Shown here one piece after another: positions 34,192 to 41,478 of a stretch of 57,645 bases of DNA. Made by a program: the position numbers and the translations under genes. The stretch comes from Candidatus Parcubacteria bacterium. GTDB taxonomy: Bacteria; Patescibacteriota; Minisyncoccia; Phycocordibacterales; UBA918. Under the pieces are notes generated by a model. It made no database searches. It was not told where the DNA came from and saw only the letters and a program-made list of their open reading frames with translations. Positions within the stretch are counted from its first letter, which is position 1, and every line of letters begins with the position of its first letter. The DNA lies in the NCBI GenBank assembly GCA_039799085.1, contig JBDLTL010000001.1:1-57645 (forward strand), in the 5' to 3' direction.

Positions 34192-34998
34192 ATGAATCGT
34201 TCAATTACTTTCATCGGAGTTTTTGCAGCCTTATTTGTAATGTTTACAACTGCACCAACCGCCGATGCCAATCACACGTGGGGCAACTATCACTGGGCTC
34301 GTATCCAAAATCCTTTTACACTTAAATTGGGAGACAATCTTACCAACACATGGGACAGCTACCTCCTTACCACGTCTACTGACTGGAGTTCGTCCACAGT
34401 ACTTGATACTGTCGTAGTTGCTGGCAACACCAACAACACTAAGGGTAAGAACACACCGAAGAACTGTACTCCAACAAATGGTCGAGGTGAGGTGTGTAAT
34501 GCTAAGTATGGCGCGACCGGCTGGCTCGGTATCGCGTCTATCTGGGCTTCGGGTGATCACATTACAGCAGGTACCGTAAAGCTCAATGACACGTACTTCA
34601 ATACAGCTACGTATAACAAGCCAGCCTGGAAGAATCTTGTGATGTGTCAGGAGGTTGGTCACCTTTTTGGCCTCGGACACCAAGATGAAACATTTGATAA
34701 TCCAAACCTGAATACCTGCATGGATTACACGAATAATCCAGATTCAAATCAGGAGCCAAATAGTCATGACTACGAACTCCTTCTTCAGATTTATAATCAT
34801 CTCGACACAACAACCACTATCGCAAACAGCCTCTCTCTCCTTGCAGCCGATAGTAACAGCGAGGCTGACTGGGGTCTTGAAATTCACCGTTCTGATGATG
34901 GACGTTCATCAATCTTTGTAAAAGATCTTGGAAACGGTAACCGCGTCGTCCGGCACGTGTACTGGGTTGAACCACGAGGCAACCACCATCACGAATAG
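34192..34998 (+). CDS. Secreted metzincin-like protein with a variant zinc motif (QEVGHLFGLGH)
   Basis: Signal peptide MNRSITFIGVFAALFVMFTTAPTADA. CQEVGHLFGLGHQDE resembles HExxHxxGxxH, but the first His is Gln. Confidence 0.6.
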   Translation: MNRSITFIGVFAALFVMFTTAPTADANHTWGNYHWARIQNPFTLKLGDNLTNTWDSYLLTTSTDWSSSTVLDTVVVAGNTNNTKGKNTPKNCTPTNGRGEVCNAKYGATGWLGIASIWASGDHITAGTVKLNDTYFNTATYNKPAWKNLVMCQEVGHLFGLGHQDETFDNPNLNTCMDYTNNPDSNQEPNSHDYELLLQIYNHLDTTTTIANSLSLLAADSNSEADWGLEIHRSDDGRSSIFVKDLGNGNRVVRHVYWVEPRGNHHHE

Positions 34999-35016
34999 AT
35001 TCATTAAAATTAGATT

Positions 35017-35047
35017 GGCCGGCGCACGATTCGTGCGCCGGCCTTTT
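35017..35047 (+). terminator. Terminator
   Basis: ggccggcgcacg / att / cgtgcgccggcc, then tttt. Confidence 0.88.
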
Positions 35048-35347
35048 CAAAAGAGCGAGTGCGAGGTCTAGCAACGGGTGTATCCCCGCGCTTAGCGATT
35101 GCTCCCTTCTTTGGACGATGCATGACTTGCAGAGGCATCATTTGTACAGCGCACCACCGTGATTGGCTTGCGTGCTTTTTCTTTTTCTTCTGCAGTAAGA
35201 AAAAGAACCGGATAGTCTCACTCCTTGGTAATTCTGGCAAATCCCCTGGTATTTGTCCATTATCTCACTTGCCACAGAAAGGTATTGCTCTTAGCTCAAC
35301 ATGGCGCTATCGTACACAGAGGAGCACACCAGTAGGGAGTTCTTCTT

Positions 35348-35791
35348 ATGCCGACCAAATACATGCCCCCTCCACTCGATCAAGCATGGCTTCGAGCCAA
35401 ACTTATCGATACCTTCTATATAAAAGAGAAAGGCGACAACAATCCAGATTTAGAAGCCAGACAACTGATGTCTGACCTGGTACACGCCTACCTTATGTGG
35501 TGGGTGCTGATGATTACTTTTCCTGAGCGTCGAATAGTCGGAACTGCTCCACTATGGGAAGTCCGGCGAATCCACGCTAGCGAACTCGAACGATTTCTCT
35601 CCGACTGCCTTGGCTACCTCGGACGAATTCCACAGAAGAAGGATCTGTGGCGAGGACCGCTTGATTTCCGCGGCACTCATGAGACCGCTCGTTCTGTTCA
35701 TGAACTATTCGATTACCCTGATCTTGTCTGGGAACCAATTCTCCGCACTGCGAGAGAACAACGGGATGAAAAAATCATCCGTCTTCATTAA
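35348..35791 (+). CDS. Hypothetical protein (orphan)
   Basis: 147 aa. AGGGAG lies about 10 nt upstream of the ATG. No domain recognised. Confidence 0.55.
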   Translation: MPTKYMPPPLDQAWLRAKLIDTFYIKEKGDNNPDLEARQLMSDLVHAYLMWWVLMITFPERRIVGTAPLWEVRRIHASELERFLSDCLGYLGRIPQKKDLWRGPLDFRGTHETARSVHELFDYPDLVWEPILRTAREQRDEKIIRLH

Positions 35792-35821
35792 ACAAAGCCC
35801 CTCTTCGGAGGGGCTTAAGTA

Positions 35822-36352
35822 TTATTTAAAGATAACCTTCGTACCATCACTCGTTTTTACAATAAGCTCACCCTTACCAGTGAATTGGTAGGTGGCAAAT
35901 TTCTCAAGGAGACTGGCGTACTCTGCTTCTTGTGAACCTTCACAGTACATCTTGGTGCCAGCAATCGGGCCAAAGGTAAGTGCGCCACTGTACGCTTCGT
36001 ACGTACTCGACATACTATTGCAATCAGTACCAATCTCAACCGTACCACTACCTCCAAACGCGAGTGTAAAGACGTCTGGCTTCTTGGGGAGAAGTTCATT
36101 TCCATCAGCAAATTCGGCGCGTACCCACTCCCACGTCTTCATATCAAGTGCGACCAACGCCGGGACTACGGTACTTCCCTCCACCGGCGTCGCTTCCTCT
36201 AGAGAATCAGTCTGCTCGATAGTTGATGATGCGACCGGAGTAGCTGACATCGGCACATCCCCCTTTGGTGAAAACACATACACATACGCCACTATGCCAA
36301 CGACCGTGGCAAGCACAAGGATTAGCAGAGCTATGATGTGTGTTTTTTTCAT
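35822..36352 (-). CDS. META-domain (HslJ-like) protein, membrane-anchored
   Basis: W.W........P..P..FTL.F...G.V...TDCN......Y......L.FGP.A.T.M.C pattern (WEWVRAEF...FTLAFGGSGTVEIGTDCNSMSSTYEA..LTFGPIAGTKMYC). Confidence 0.78.
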   Translation of the reverse strand: MKKTHIIALLILVLATVVGIVAYVYVFSPKGDVPMSATPVASSTIEQTDSLEEATPVEGSTVVPALVALDMKTWEWVRAEFADGNELLPKKPDVFTLAFGGSGTVEIGTDCNSMSSTYEAYSGALTFGPIAGTKMYCEGSQEAEYASLLEKFATYQFTGKGELIVKTSDGTKVIFK

Positions 36353-36373
36353 AGGCGGTTATTCTAACACACC

Positions 36374-36832
36374 TTATCCAAGTGTCAGATATAAAAGAAC
36401 AGGCATCACCCACGTCAGCCAGTCGACCACCCCCTTATATCGAAGTTGACCAAGCTGCTTTGGTTGCCAATAAAATTCTTGAATGAAAATCCCCACAATC
36501 ATAAGAGACATCAAGATATAGAGAGCCATCTCGCTGCCAAAGAGCCGTTGTGACAAAAAAGTTGAAAGGATGATAAATGCAATCGAACCAAGCAAGTGGA
36601 ACGTCCCTCGATAGAACGTCAGCTTGAACCCGAAGTGATTTGGTCCATACTTCGCGAACGACTCTTCCAGCGCTCGCTTGTATGACTCTCGACCACGCAC
36701 AAACCTCCCACCCACATCTGAAGCAAAGGGGTAAATCCGGTCTGGAATGGTATGAATAAATAAGTAGAGGTTTTTCAGAGTTGCTCTCATAGGGCCAGTA
36801 TACCACCACAATAACCTTGAAGTCGTTCTCAC
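36374..36832 (-). CDS. Hypothetical membrane protein
   Basis: 152 aa with 3 TM helices in the C-terminal half. Preferred over the overlapping 36435-36842 frame, whose product looks non-protein-like. Confidence 0.5.
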   Translation of the reverse strand: MRTTSRLLWWYTGPMRATLKNLYLFIHTIPDRIYPFASDVGGRFVRGRESYKRALEESFAKYGPNHFGFKLTFYRGTFHLLGSIAFIILSTFLSQRLFGSEMALYILMSLMIVGIFIQEFYWQPKQLGQLRYKGVVDWLTWVMPVLLYLTLG

Positions 36833-36868
36833 ACAGCACCACCTCCCATTAGTTCAAAATTACGCAGT

Positions 36869-37231
36869 CTACTCAACCTCCACCGCGAATCCTCCAACTG
36901 CCATCCGCTTCATATCAAACGGCATATCCATGGGCTTGTCGGCATACTTTTTATCAAAGTACTGCATAACTTTTTTGTTAATTTCGTTTCGTTCTTTCTT
37001 CGAGGCAAACACAATGAAAGAAAACCACACCTCCTCGTCTTCCTTTGCCTTTGCCATTTTAGGAAAGGTAAAAGTAACACCTGGCGGAGTTATATCGTCA
37101 GCTCGACACTCTTTGTAATCTAGCGCGCCAAACTCTCGCCACTTCTTAGACGCCTCACGTGCCATCTTTTTATACTCAGCTTTCTTGTCCTTTGGAATAA
37201 CGAGAACAAAACCATCAACATATGTTTTCAT
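36869..37231 (-). CDS. DUF1428-like protein
   Basis: MKTYVDGFVLVIPKDK...YKKMA....K.W.E.GAL.Y.EC..DD fits DUF1428 as I remember it. Confidence 0.7.
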   Translation of the reverse strand: MKTYVDGFVLVIPKDKKAEYKKMAREASKKWREFGALDYKECRADDITPPGVTFTFPKMAKAKEDEEVWFSFIVFASKKERNEINKKVMQYFDKKYADKPMDMPFDMKRMAVGGFAVEVE

Positions 37232-37347
37232 ATACTTCAGTGTATCACGACCATATTTAGTACGTCACTTTCCATCTAATTAAAACTTAGATTATGTACA
37301 GGAAAATCAATCTTACGTGCTTTGCTCGCCTGCGCGACGAATCTTGA

Positions 37348-37632
37348 TTAAATGTCAGAGTATCGCTTTTTCCGCTCTTTGGTGTAATAAAACCACGGAC
37401 GCGCTGGTGCACCATTCATAAAGTCTAGCGCCGCCATGTACGTATCGAGCACACATGGGTCTTGTCGCACTCCACTTACCTTACATATCTTCTGATAAAG
37501 CTTATACGGGTCCTGCTTTTTTAATTCAGAGGGACTCTTAAGACCGAGCAGCGTGAAGTCACGCACCATCGCCGGACCAATATTTGGAATATCTCTAAAC
37601 TCCCTTACCTCAGAAAAGTGCTTGGCCTTCAC
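37348..37632 (-). CDS. Helix-hairpin-helix DNA-binding protein (Cdd1 / mitomycin-resistance-like)
   Basis: F.DIPNIGPAMVRDF.LLGI..P..L....P..LY..L. Confidence 0.65.
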   Translation of the reverse strand: MKAKHFSEVREFRDIPNIGPAMVRDFTLLGLKSPSELKKQDPYKLYQKICKVSGVRQDPCVLDTYMAALDFMNGAPARPWFYYTKERKKRYSDI

Positions 37633-37634
37633 AG

Positions 37635-38090
37635 TTACACAAAGAGACTAACAAGAAACGCCGTGAGCAACATCGTTACGAGCGGATAGAGAGCATCGGC
37701 AAAAAACTTCTGCCACGCAATCTCGCGCTCACAGTTACCCCAAAGGATATGTGCGCCGATTGTCGGCACAATGAAACACAGCCAGTTGAACACAATAAAC
37801 CCGAGTGCAACAGTGAGGTCTACGCCATTTTTGACACTCATGGTGACGATAGTCACTACTGCAACTGAGGTAAGGAGCGAGAGTAACATTTGCGCCCCAT
37901 ACACCTTTGGCATAGTTGGCTTGGCTTCTTCAATTTTTTGCTTCTGCTCTTCTGGTGAGAGCTTGTCGAAACCAAGGTACCGCATATGGAGCCGACCCAT
38001 CGGACTCTGTGGCATGTGCCAAAGTGTCCCGACCACAACAGAAAGCACCACCCCAGCAAGTACCAATAATATAAATGAAACTGTAATCAT
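37635..38090 (-). CDS. DUF1761-like membrane protein
   Basis: 151 aa with 4 TM helices, and LWH.P..PMG.. Confidence 0.6.
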   Translation of the reverse strand: MITVSFILLVLAGVVLSVVVGTLWHMPQSPMGRLHMRYLGFDKLSPEEQKQKIEEAKPTMPKVYGAQMLLSLLTSVAVVTIVTMSVKNGVDLTVALGFIVFNWLCFIVPTIGAHILWGNCEREIAWQKFFADALYPLVTMLLTAFLVSLFV

Positions 38091-38200
38091 AAGATGTGAA
38101 GTTAGAGCTATTTTAAGGGAACGTACCTAAAGTCTAGCACAGATTCAAATCCCTGAAATCGTGGTATAATGAGGATTATTGGCTTATAAGCACTAATGTT

Positions 38201-39181
38201 ATGAACACCAATCTAACCTTGCCCCTACAAAAGGCACTGCTGATTGTGCTCACTGCCGCGTTAGTTTTTCTCGGCTTTGCACCATACGCTCGTGCTGATA
38301 GAGGTGGCATACCAAATTATCACGCAAATTACCGGGCCTTTTTAAACCCTGGTCACCAGTACAAGTACACGAGCGGTTATTACTCAACCACCGAACTACA
38401 AGAAATTATTAATCAATTACTAATCTATCTTGCACAACTACAAGATTTGCAAGATGAGGAAGATGACAACACATACGATAGTGACGTTGAAGTAAAGACA
38501 CTCGCTGCAACCGATATTGACGGGGACGAAGCAACCTTACGCGGTGAAGTTACTGACTTCAACTCATCTTCATACGCTACGGTATGGTTTCAGCATGGGT
38601 ACAGCCAGCGCTCACTCCATTCTTCAAATTCAGTTACTATCGATGATGACGAGGATGGCCTGTTTACCCTTCCGCTTGATAACCTCATTGAAGATCGCTC
38701 CTACTACTATCGCGCTGTCGCTCGCGATGACGATGGCGACGTAGACTACGGCGAGCTTCGCCACTTCATCACCGATGGTAGCAACTACGATGATACTGAC
38801 GGCACTGATAACGAGCCGGATGTAGACACCGACAGTGCTAACGACATCGATGACGACAGTGTGACGCTTCGTGGTTCAGTCGACATGAATGACTTTGAGG
38901 ACGGTCTCGTCTTCTTTATCTACGGTGAGAGCGAGAACCAAATTGACGATATCGAAAACGACTTCGACACCTATAACGACATTGATGAGGATGGGGTCAA
39001 TCTCCAAAAAGTGACTGTCGATAGTGGCCTCGATGATGATGACTACTATGAAGAAGGTATTTCTGGACTCGATGAGGACACTGACTACTTCTTCCGTCTC
39101 TGTGTTGAGTACGAAGATGAAGATACTGACGAAGTCCTTGCTTGTGGCACAACCGAGGATTTCACTACTGATGAATTCTAG
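38201..39181 (+). CDS. Secreted, extremely acidic (D/E-rich) repeat protein
   Basis: Signal peptide ending ..PYARA. Two related modules (DEATLRGEVTDFNSSSYATVWFQHG / DSVTLRGSVDMNDFEDGLVFFIYG) are separated by D/E/T/N-rich stretches. Confidence 0.7.
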   Translation: MNTNLTLPLQKALLIVLTAALVFLGFAPYARADRGGIPNYHANYRAFLNPGHQYKYTSGYYSTTELQEIINQLLIYLAQLQDLQDEEDDNTYDSDVEVKTLAATDIDGDEATLRGEVTDFNSSSYATVWFQHGYSQRSLHSSNSVTIDDDEDGLFTLPLDNLIEDRSYYYRAVARDDDGDVDYGELRHFITDGSNYDDTDGTDNEPDVDTDSANDIDDDSVTLRGSVDMNDFEDGLVFFIYGESENQIDDIENDFDTYNDIDEDGVNLQKVTVDSGLDDDDYYEEGISGLDEDTDYFFRLCVEYEDEDTDEVLACGTTEDFTTDEF

Positions 39182-39266
39182 AGAGTCCGTCTAGTAAAAG
39201 AAAAAGCAGGCGTGAAGCCTGCTTTTTCTGTGTTTGTTGGGTGTTTGAGAGGATGTTGGAACTACT

Positions 39267-39917
39267 TTAGTATTCCAAATATAAACCATCTCCAACAAAA
39301 TCAAACTTATCATGATTAAGACTAATAGCCGCAAAATCATCAACTGCAATAACTCTTGATGAAAATCTATCCAACTTAGATTCAATCACCTCAGCAGTTA
39401 TGTTTGGAAAATATGGCGAATCCAAATGTGGCATAAAAACAAAATCAAAAAACCTCATTCCAGTACCATTATCAGACTCACAGTCTTCTCCGTACAGTTC
39501 GATATTTAAACCTTTTGGTAAAAATATCCCGGCGACCATACTACCAGCACTAATTCCCATATATACTCGATCATCAAGAGAATTAACTAAATAATCTTTA
39601 ACTCCTTGCTCTATAAAAATTTTTGAAAGATACGATTCATCACCTCCTCCAACACAAATTACATCAGCAAGTTCAAAATGTTTTTGCCACAACACGTTCG
39701 GTAAGCCAGCAATGTCTAAGATATCGAAAGATAGAGGTTTTCTATTGGTGAATTCGAAAATATTTTCTGTAAGCCATCGCTTGTCTTCAACTGATGTGTT
39801 TGCCGCTGTTGTGACGAATAAAACCTTAATTTCTGAAAAGGGTTTACCAACTAGGCCTACAAGTGCCTCTGCAATCTTATCTGAAGTGAGACCAGCTGAT
39901 GTAAGAAGTAGTTTCAT
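39267..39917 (-). CDS. Peptidase S51 (peptidase E-like) family protein
   Basis: MKLLLTSAG........L....GK......VLFVTTAA, and GISAGSMV (nucleophile Ser). Confidence 0.78.
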   Translation of the reverse strand: MKLLLTSAGLTSDKIAEALVGLVGKPFSEIKVLFVTTAANTSVEDKRWLTENIFEFTNRKPLSFDILDIAGLPNVLWQKHFELADVICVGGGDESYLSKIFIEQGVKDYLVNSLDDRVYMGISAGSMVAGIFLPKGLNIELYGEDCESDNGTGMRFFDFVFMPHLDSPYFPNITAEVIESKLDRFSSRVIAVDDFAAISLNHDKFDFVGDGLYLEY

Positions 39918-40004
39918 ACTGTAAGTATACCAAAAAGTTCCTCATCCCCGCCTCAACATCGATAAACACAGAAAAGCGCCATGAAGGCGCTTTTCTCTGG
40001 TTTG

Positions 40005-40150
40005 CTGCCCGACAAGGACTCGGTCACGAATCACTAAGTATATTTATTCGCTTCGCTCTAAATCTACCAAGTGTTCTCGACCCCGGCTCGCTGTTCGTCG
40101 CTCTAGGAAAGGAGCGACTCACAACGCTCCGCCTTTCTCGTCCTTTGTCA
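40005..40150 (-). repeat. Family-A repeat copy E2, including an 18-nt copy of the tRNA-Gln 3' end (40005-40022)
   Basis: ctgcccgacaaggactcg is 18/18 identical to 41160-41177. It is followed by gtcacgaatcactaagtatattt..., homologous to 40980 onward. Confidence 0.7.
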
Positions 40151-40156
40151 GATTGG

Positions 40157-40202
40157 GCGAGCAAAAGAAAAACACCCTCAAGGGTGCTTTTCTTTTGCTC
40201 GC
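40157..40202. repeat. Long hairpin with about 20 bp of pairing
   Basis: gcgagcaaaagaaaaacaccct / caa / gggtgcttttcttttgctcgc. Confidence 0.6.
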
Positions 40203-40296
40203 TGGCTGTATGGAATGAAGTTAGAACTTTTTTAAATGAAAAAGCCGCCGTTCCCTTTCGGTACTAGGCGGCTACTGAGACACTAAAGGGCGTTGA

Positions 40297-40893
40297 TCAT
40301 TTGGGTGCCTTCTCACCCATGAAGCGACGGCCGACCAGTTGACTATGCAGATTTTCCAGAATCTCCACACCTACTGATGATACGCCCTTGAGCGAAAGGT
40401 GCGGATTGTCCTTATCTCGTTGCACAGGGCTCGTCTCGAGAAATTTTCGCAGAGCATTGTATGCTTCTGTTTCGAGAAAACCCTGCTGGTCTGCCCCGTT
40501 TTCTTGAAGAGCAAAGTAGGGTCGGATTTCACCGAGAAGTTCCTTGAAGTCAGAATAGCCCTCCAACGCCCGAAACGGGTCTTCGATGTCGACCTCATCC
40601 ATCAAGGATTTTTCAAGAACCGCAATTCCGGTAAGCAGTGATGCGAGACTCGAGAAGTCAATATAGACCTTTCTAGGTGCAAACACGCAGATTAAGTCTG
40701 AAACTCGTCCGAGGGCGATCGCGGCCTGGCCTGCTTCGATAAGACGATAGTAGGTCGGCGAAACTCCTAGCGATTGAGCCATATACTCAGTTGAGAGTTT
40801 TACCGAATTTCTTCTTAGGCGCAGATAAGCACCGAGGAACTTCTGGAGCGGGTTTAGGGCTCCGTTCGGAGCATGTACTCTATTTCTTCCCAT
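40297..40893 (-). CDS. XRE-family helix-turn-helix protein with an unknown C-terminal domain
   Basis: LRLRRNSVKLSTEYMAQSLGVSPTYYRLIEAGQ is an HTH_XRE pattern. It has its own terminator (agccgcctagtaccgaaagggaacggcggcttttt on the minus strand) just after the stop. Confidence 0.8.
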   Translation of the reverse strand: MGRNRVHAPNGALNPLQKFLGAYLRLRRNSVKLSTEYMAQSLGVSPTYYRLIEAGQAAIALGRVSDLICVFAPRKVYIDFSSLASLLTGIAVLEKSLMDEVDIEDPFRALEGYSDFKELLGEIRPYFALQENGADQQGFLETEAYNALRKFLETSPVQRDKDNPHLSLKGVSSVGVEILENLHSQLVGRRFMGEKAPK

Positions 40894-40961
40894 TGTTTTT
40901 CCCCTTCAGGAATAATCTTCTATAAGGAGAATAGAATGAAAATAGGGTATTGTCAAATATA

Positions 40962-41113
40962 CTGCCCGACAGGGACTCGGTCACGAATCACTAAGTATAT
41001 TTGTTCACTACGTTCCAAATCTACTAAGTGTTCTCGACCCAGACTCGCCGACAAGCCCTCGCTACGCTCGTCTTGTATACCGGCTCCGTCTTTCGAGTCC
41101 CTGTCCGGCTAGC
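40962..41113 (-). repeat. Family-A repeat copy E1, bounded by a direct (40962-40979) and an inverted (41094-41113) copy of the tRNA-Gln 3' end
   Basis: ctgcccgacagggactcg is 17/18 identical to the tRNA end. cgagtccctgtccggctagc on the same strand is its near reverse complement. The core is homologous to E2, E3 and E4. Confidence 0.7.
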
Positions 41114-41122
41114 AACAGCAAA

Positions 41123-41150
41123 GGCCGCAGATGTATACACATCTGCGGCC
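41123..41150 (-). terminator. Terminator downstream of tRNA-Gln
   Basis: ggccgcagatgt / atac / acatctgcggcc. On the minus strand it is followed by tttgctgtt. Confidence 0.75.
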
Positions 41151-41159
41151 TGCTGATTG

Positions 41160-41230
41160 CTGCCCGACAAGGACTCGAACCTCGATAGACGGTACCAGAA
41201 ACCGTAGTCCTACCATTAGACGATCGGGCA
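41160..41230 (-). tRNA. tRNA-Gln(CTG)
   Basis: TGCCCGA-TC-GTCTAATGGTAGGAC-T-ACGGT-TTCTGGT-ACCGT-CTAT-CGAGG-TTCGAGT-CCTTG-TCGGGCA-G. The U1-A72 pair is typical of bacterial tRNA-Gln. Confidence 0.92.
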
Positions 41231-41234
41231 ATAT

Positions 41235-41372
41235 TTGATTGTGCATTTACCCGAATCGGATAATGGGAGGACGGGAGTCCTCCTGCCAAGCGAGCGAGGG
41301 TCGCGGAAATGTTTACATTTCCATGACCGAGCGAGTGCAGGCAGAAAGATTTGGACCTGTTCCAAATCTTGG
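41235..41372 (-). repeat. 138-nt hairpin-rich element (D) bounded by a perfect 21-bp direct repeat (41214-41234 / 41373-41393) of the tRNA-Gln 5' end
   Basis: cattagacgatcgggcaatat occurs twice. The interior has three clean hairpins (aagatttgg/ccaaatctt, ggaaatg/catttcc, ggaggac/gtcctcc). Confidence 0.7.
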
Positions 41373-41478
41373 CATTAGACGATCGGGCAATATGTTGGGG
41401 CGACATTGCGAAGCTTTGTCGCCCAGTGGCAGTATAGTGCCAGAAACTAGAAAACTTTCAAGTACTCCTCTCCCCTCC

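Noticed and set aside
35048-35347. RNase P RNA or SRP RNA in the 300-nt gap
   Set aside because: Only loose resemblances were found (AGCGCACC, CACAGAAA). The universally conserved GGAAAGTCC (P4) and the SRP GGAA/AGCAGC domain IV motifs are absent on both strands.
35059-35475. 138-aa plus-strand ORF (and 35010-35240 on the minus strand) in the gap before the 35348 gene
   Set aside because: The translation is Cys/Arg/Ser/Phe-rich with homopolymer runs (FFFFF, KKK). There is no RBS, and it overlaps the better-supported 35348 ORF out of frame. It is treated as non-coding.
40005-41113. Reading the family-A repeats as tRNA pseudogenes (the GCCGACAAG...TGTCCGGC segment could mimic an acceptor stem)
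   Set aside because: No D-arm, anticodon arm or T-stem 5' strand can be drawn. Only the 3'-terminal tRNA segment is recognisable, so they are described as repeats carrying tRNA-end copies.
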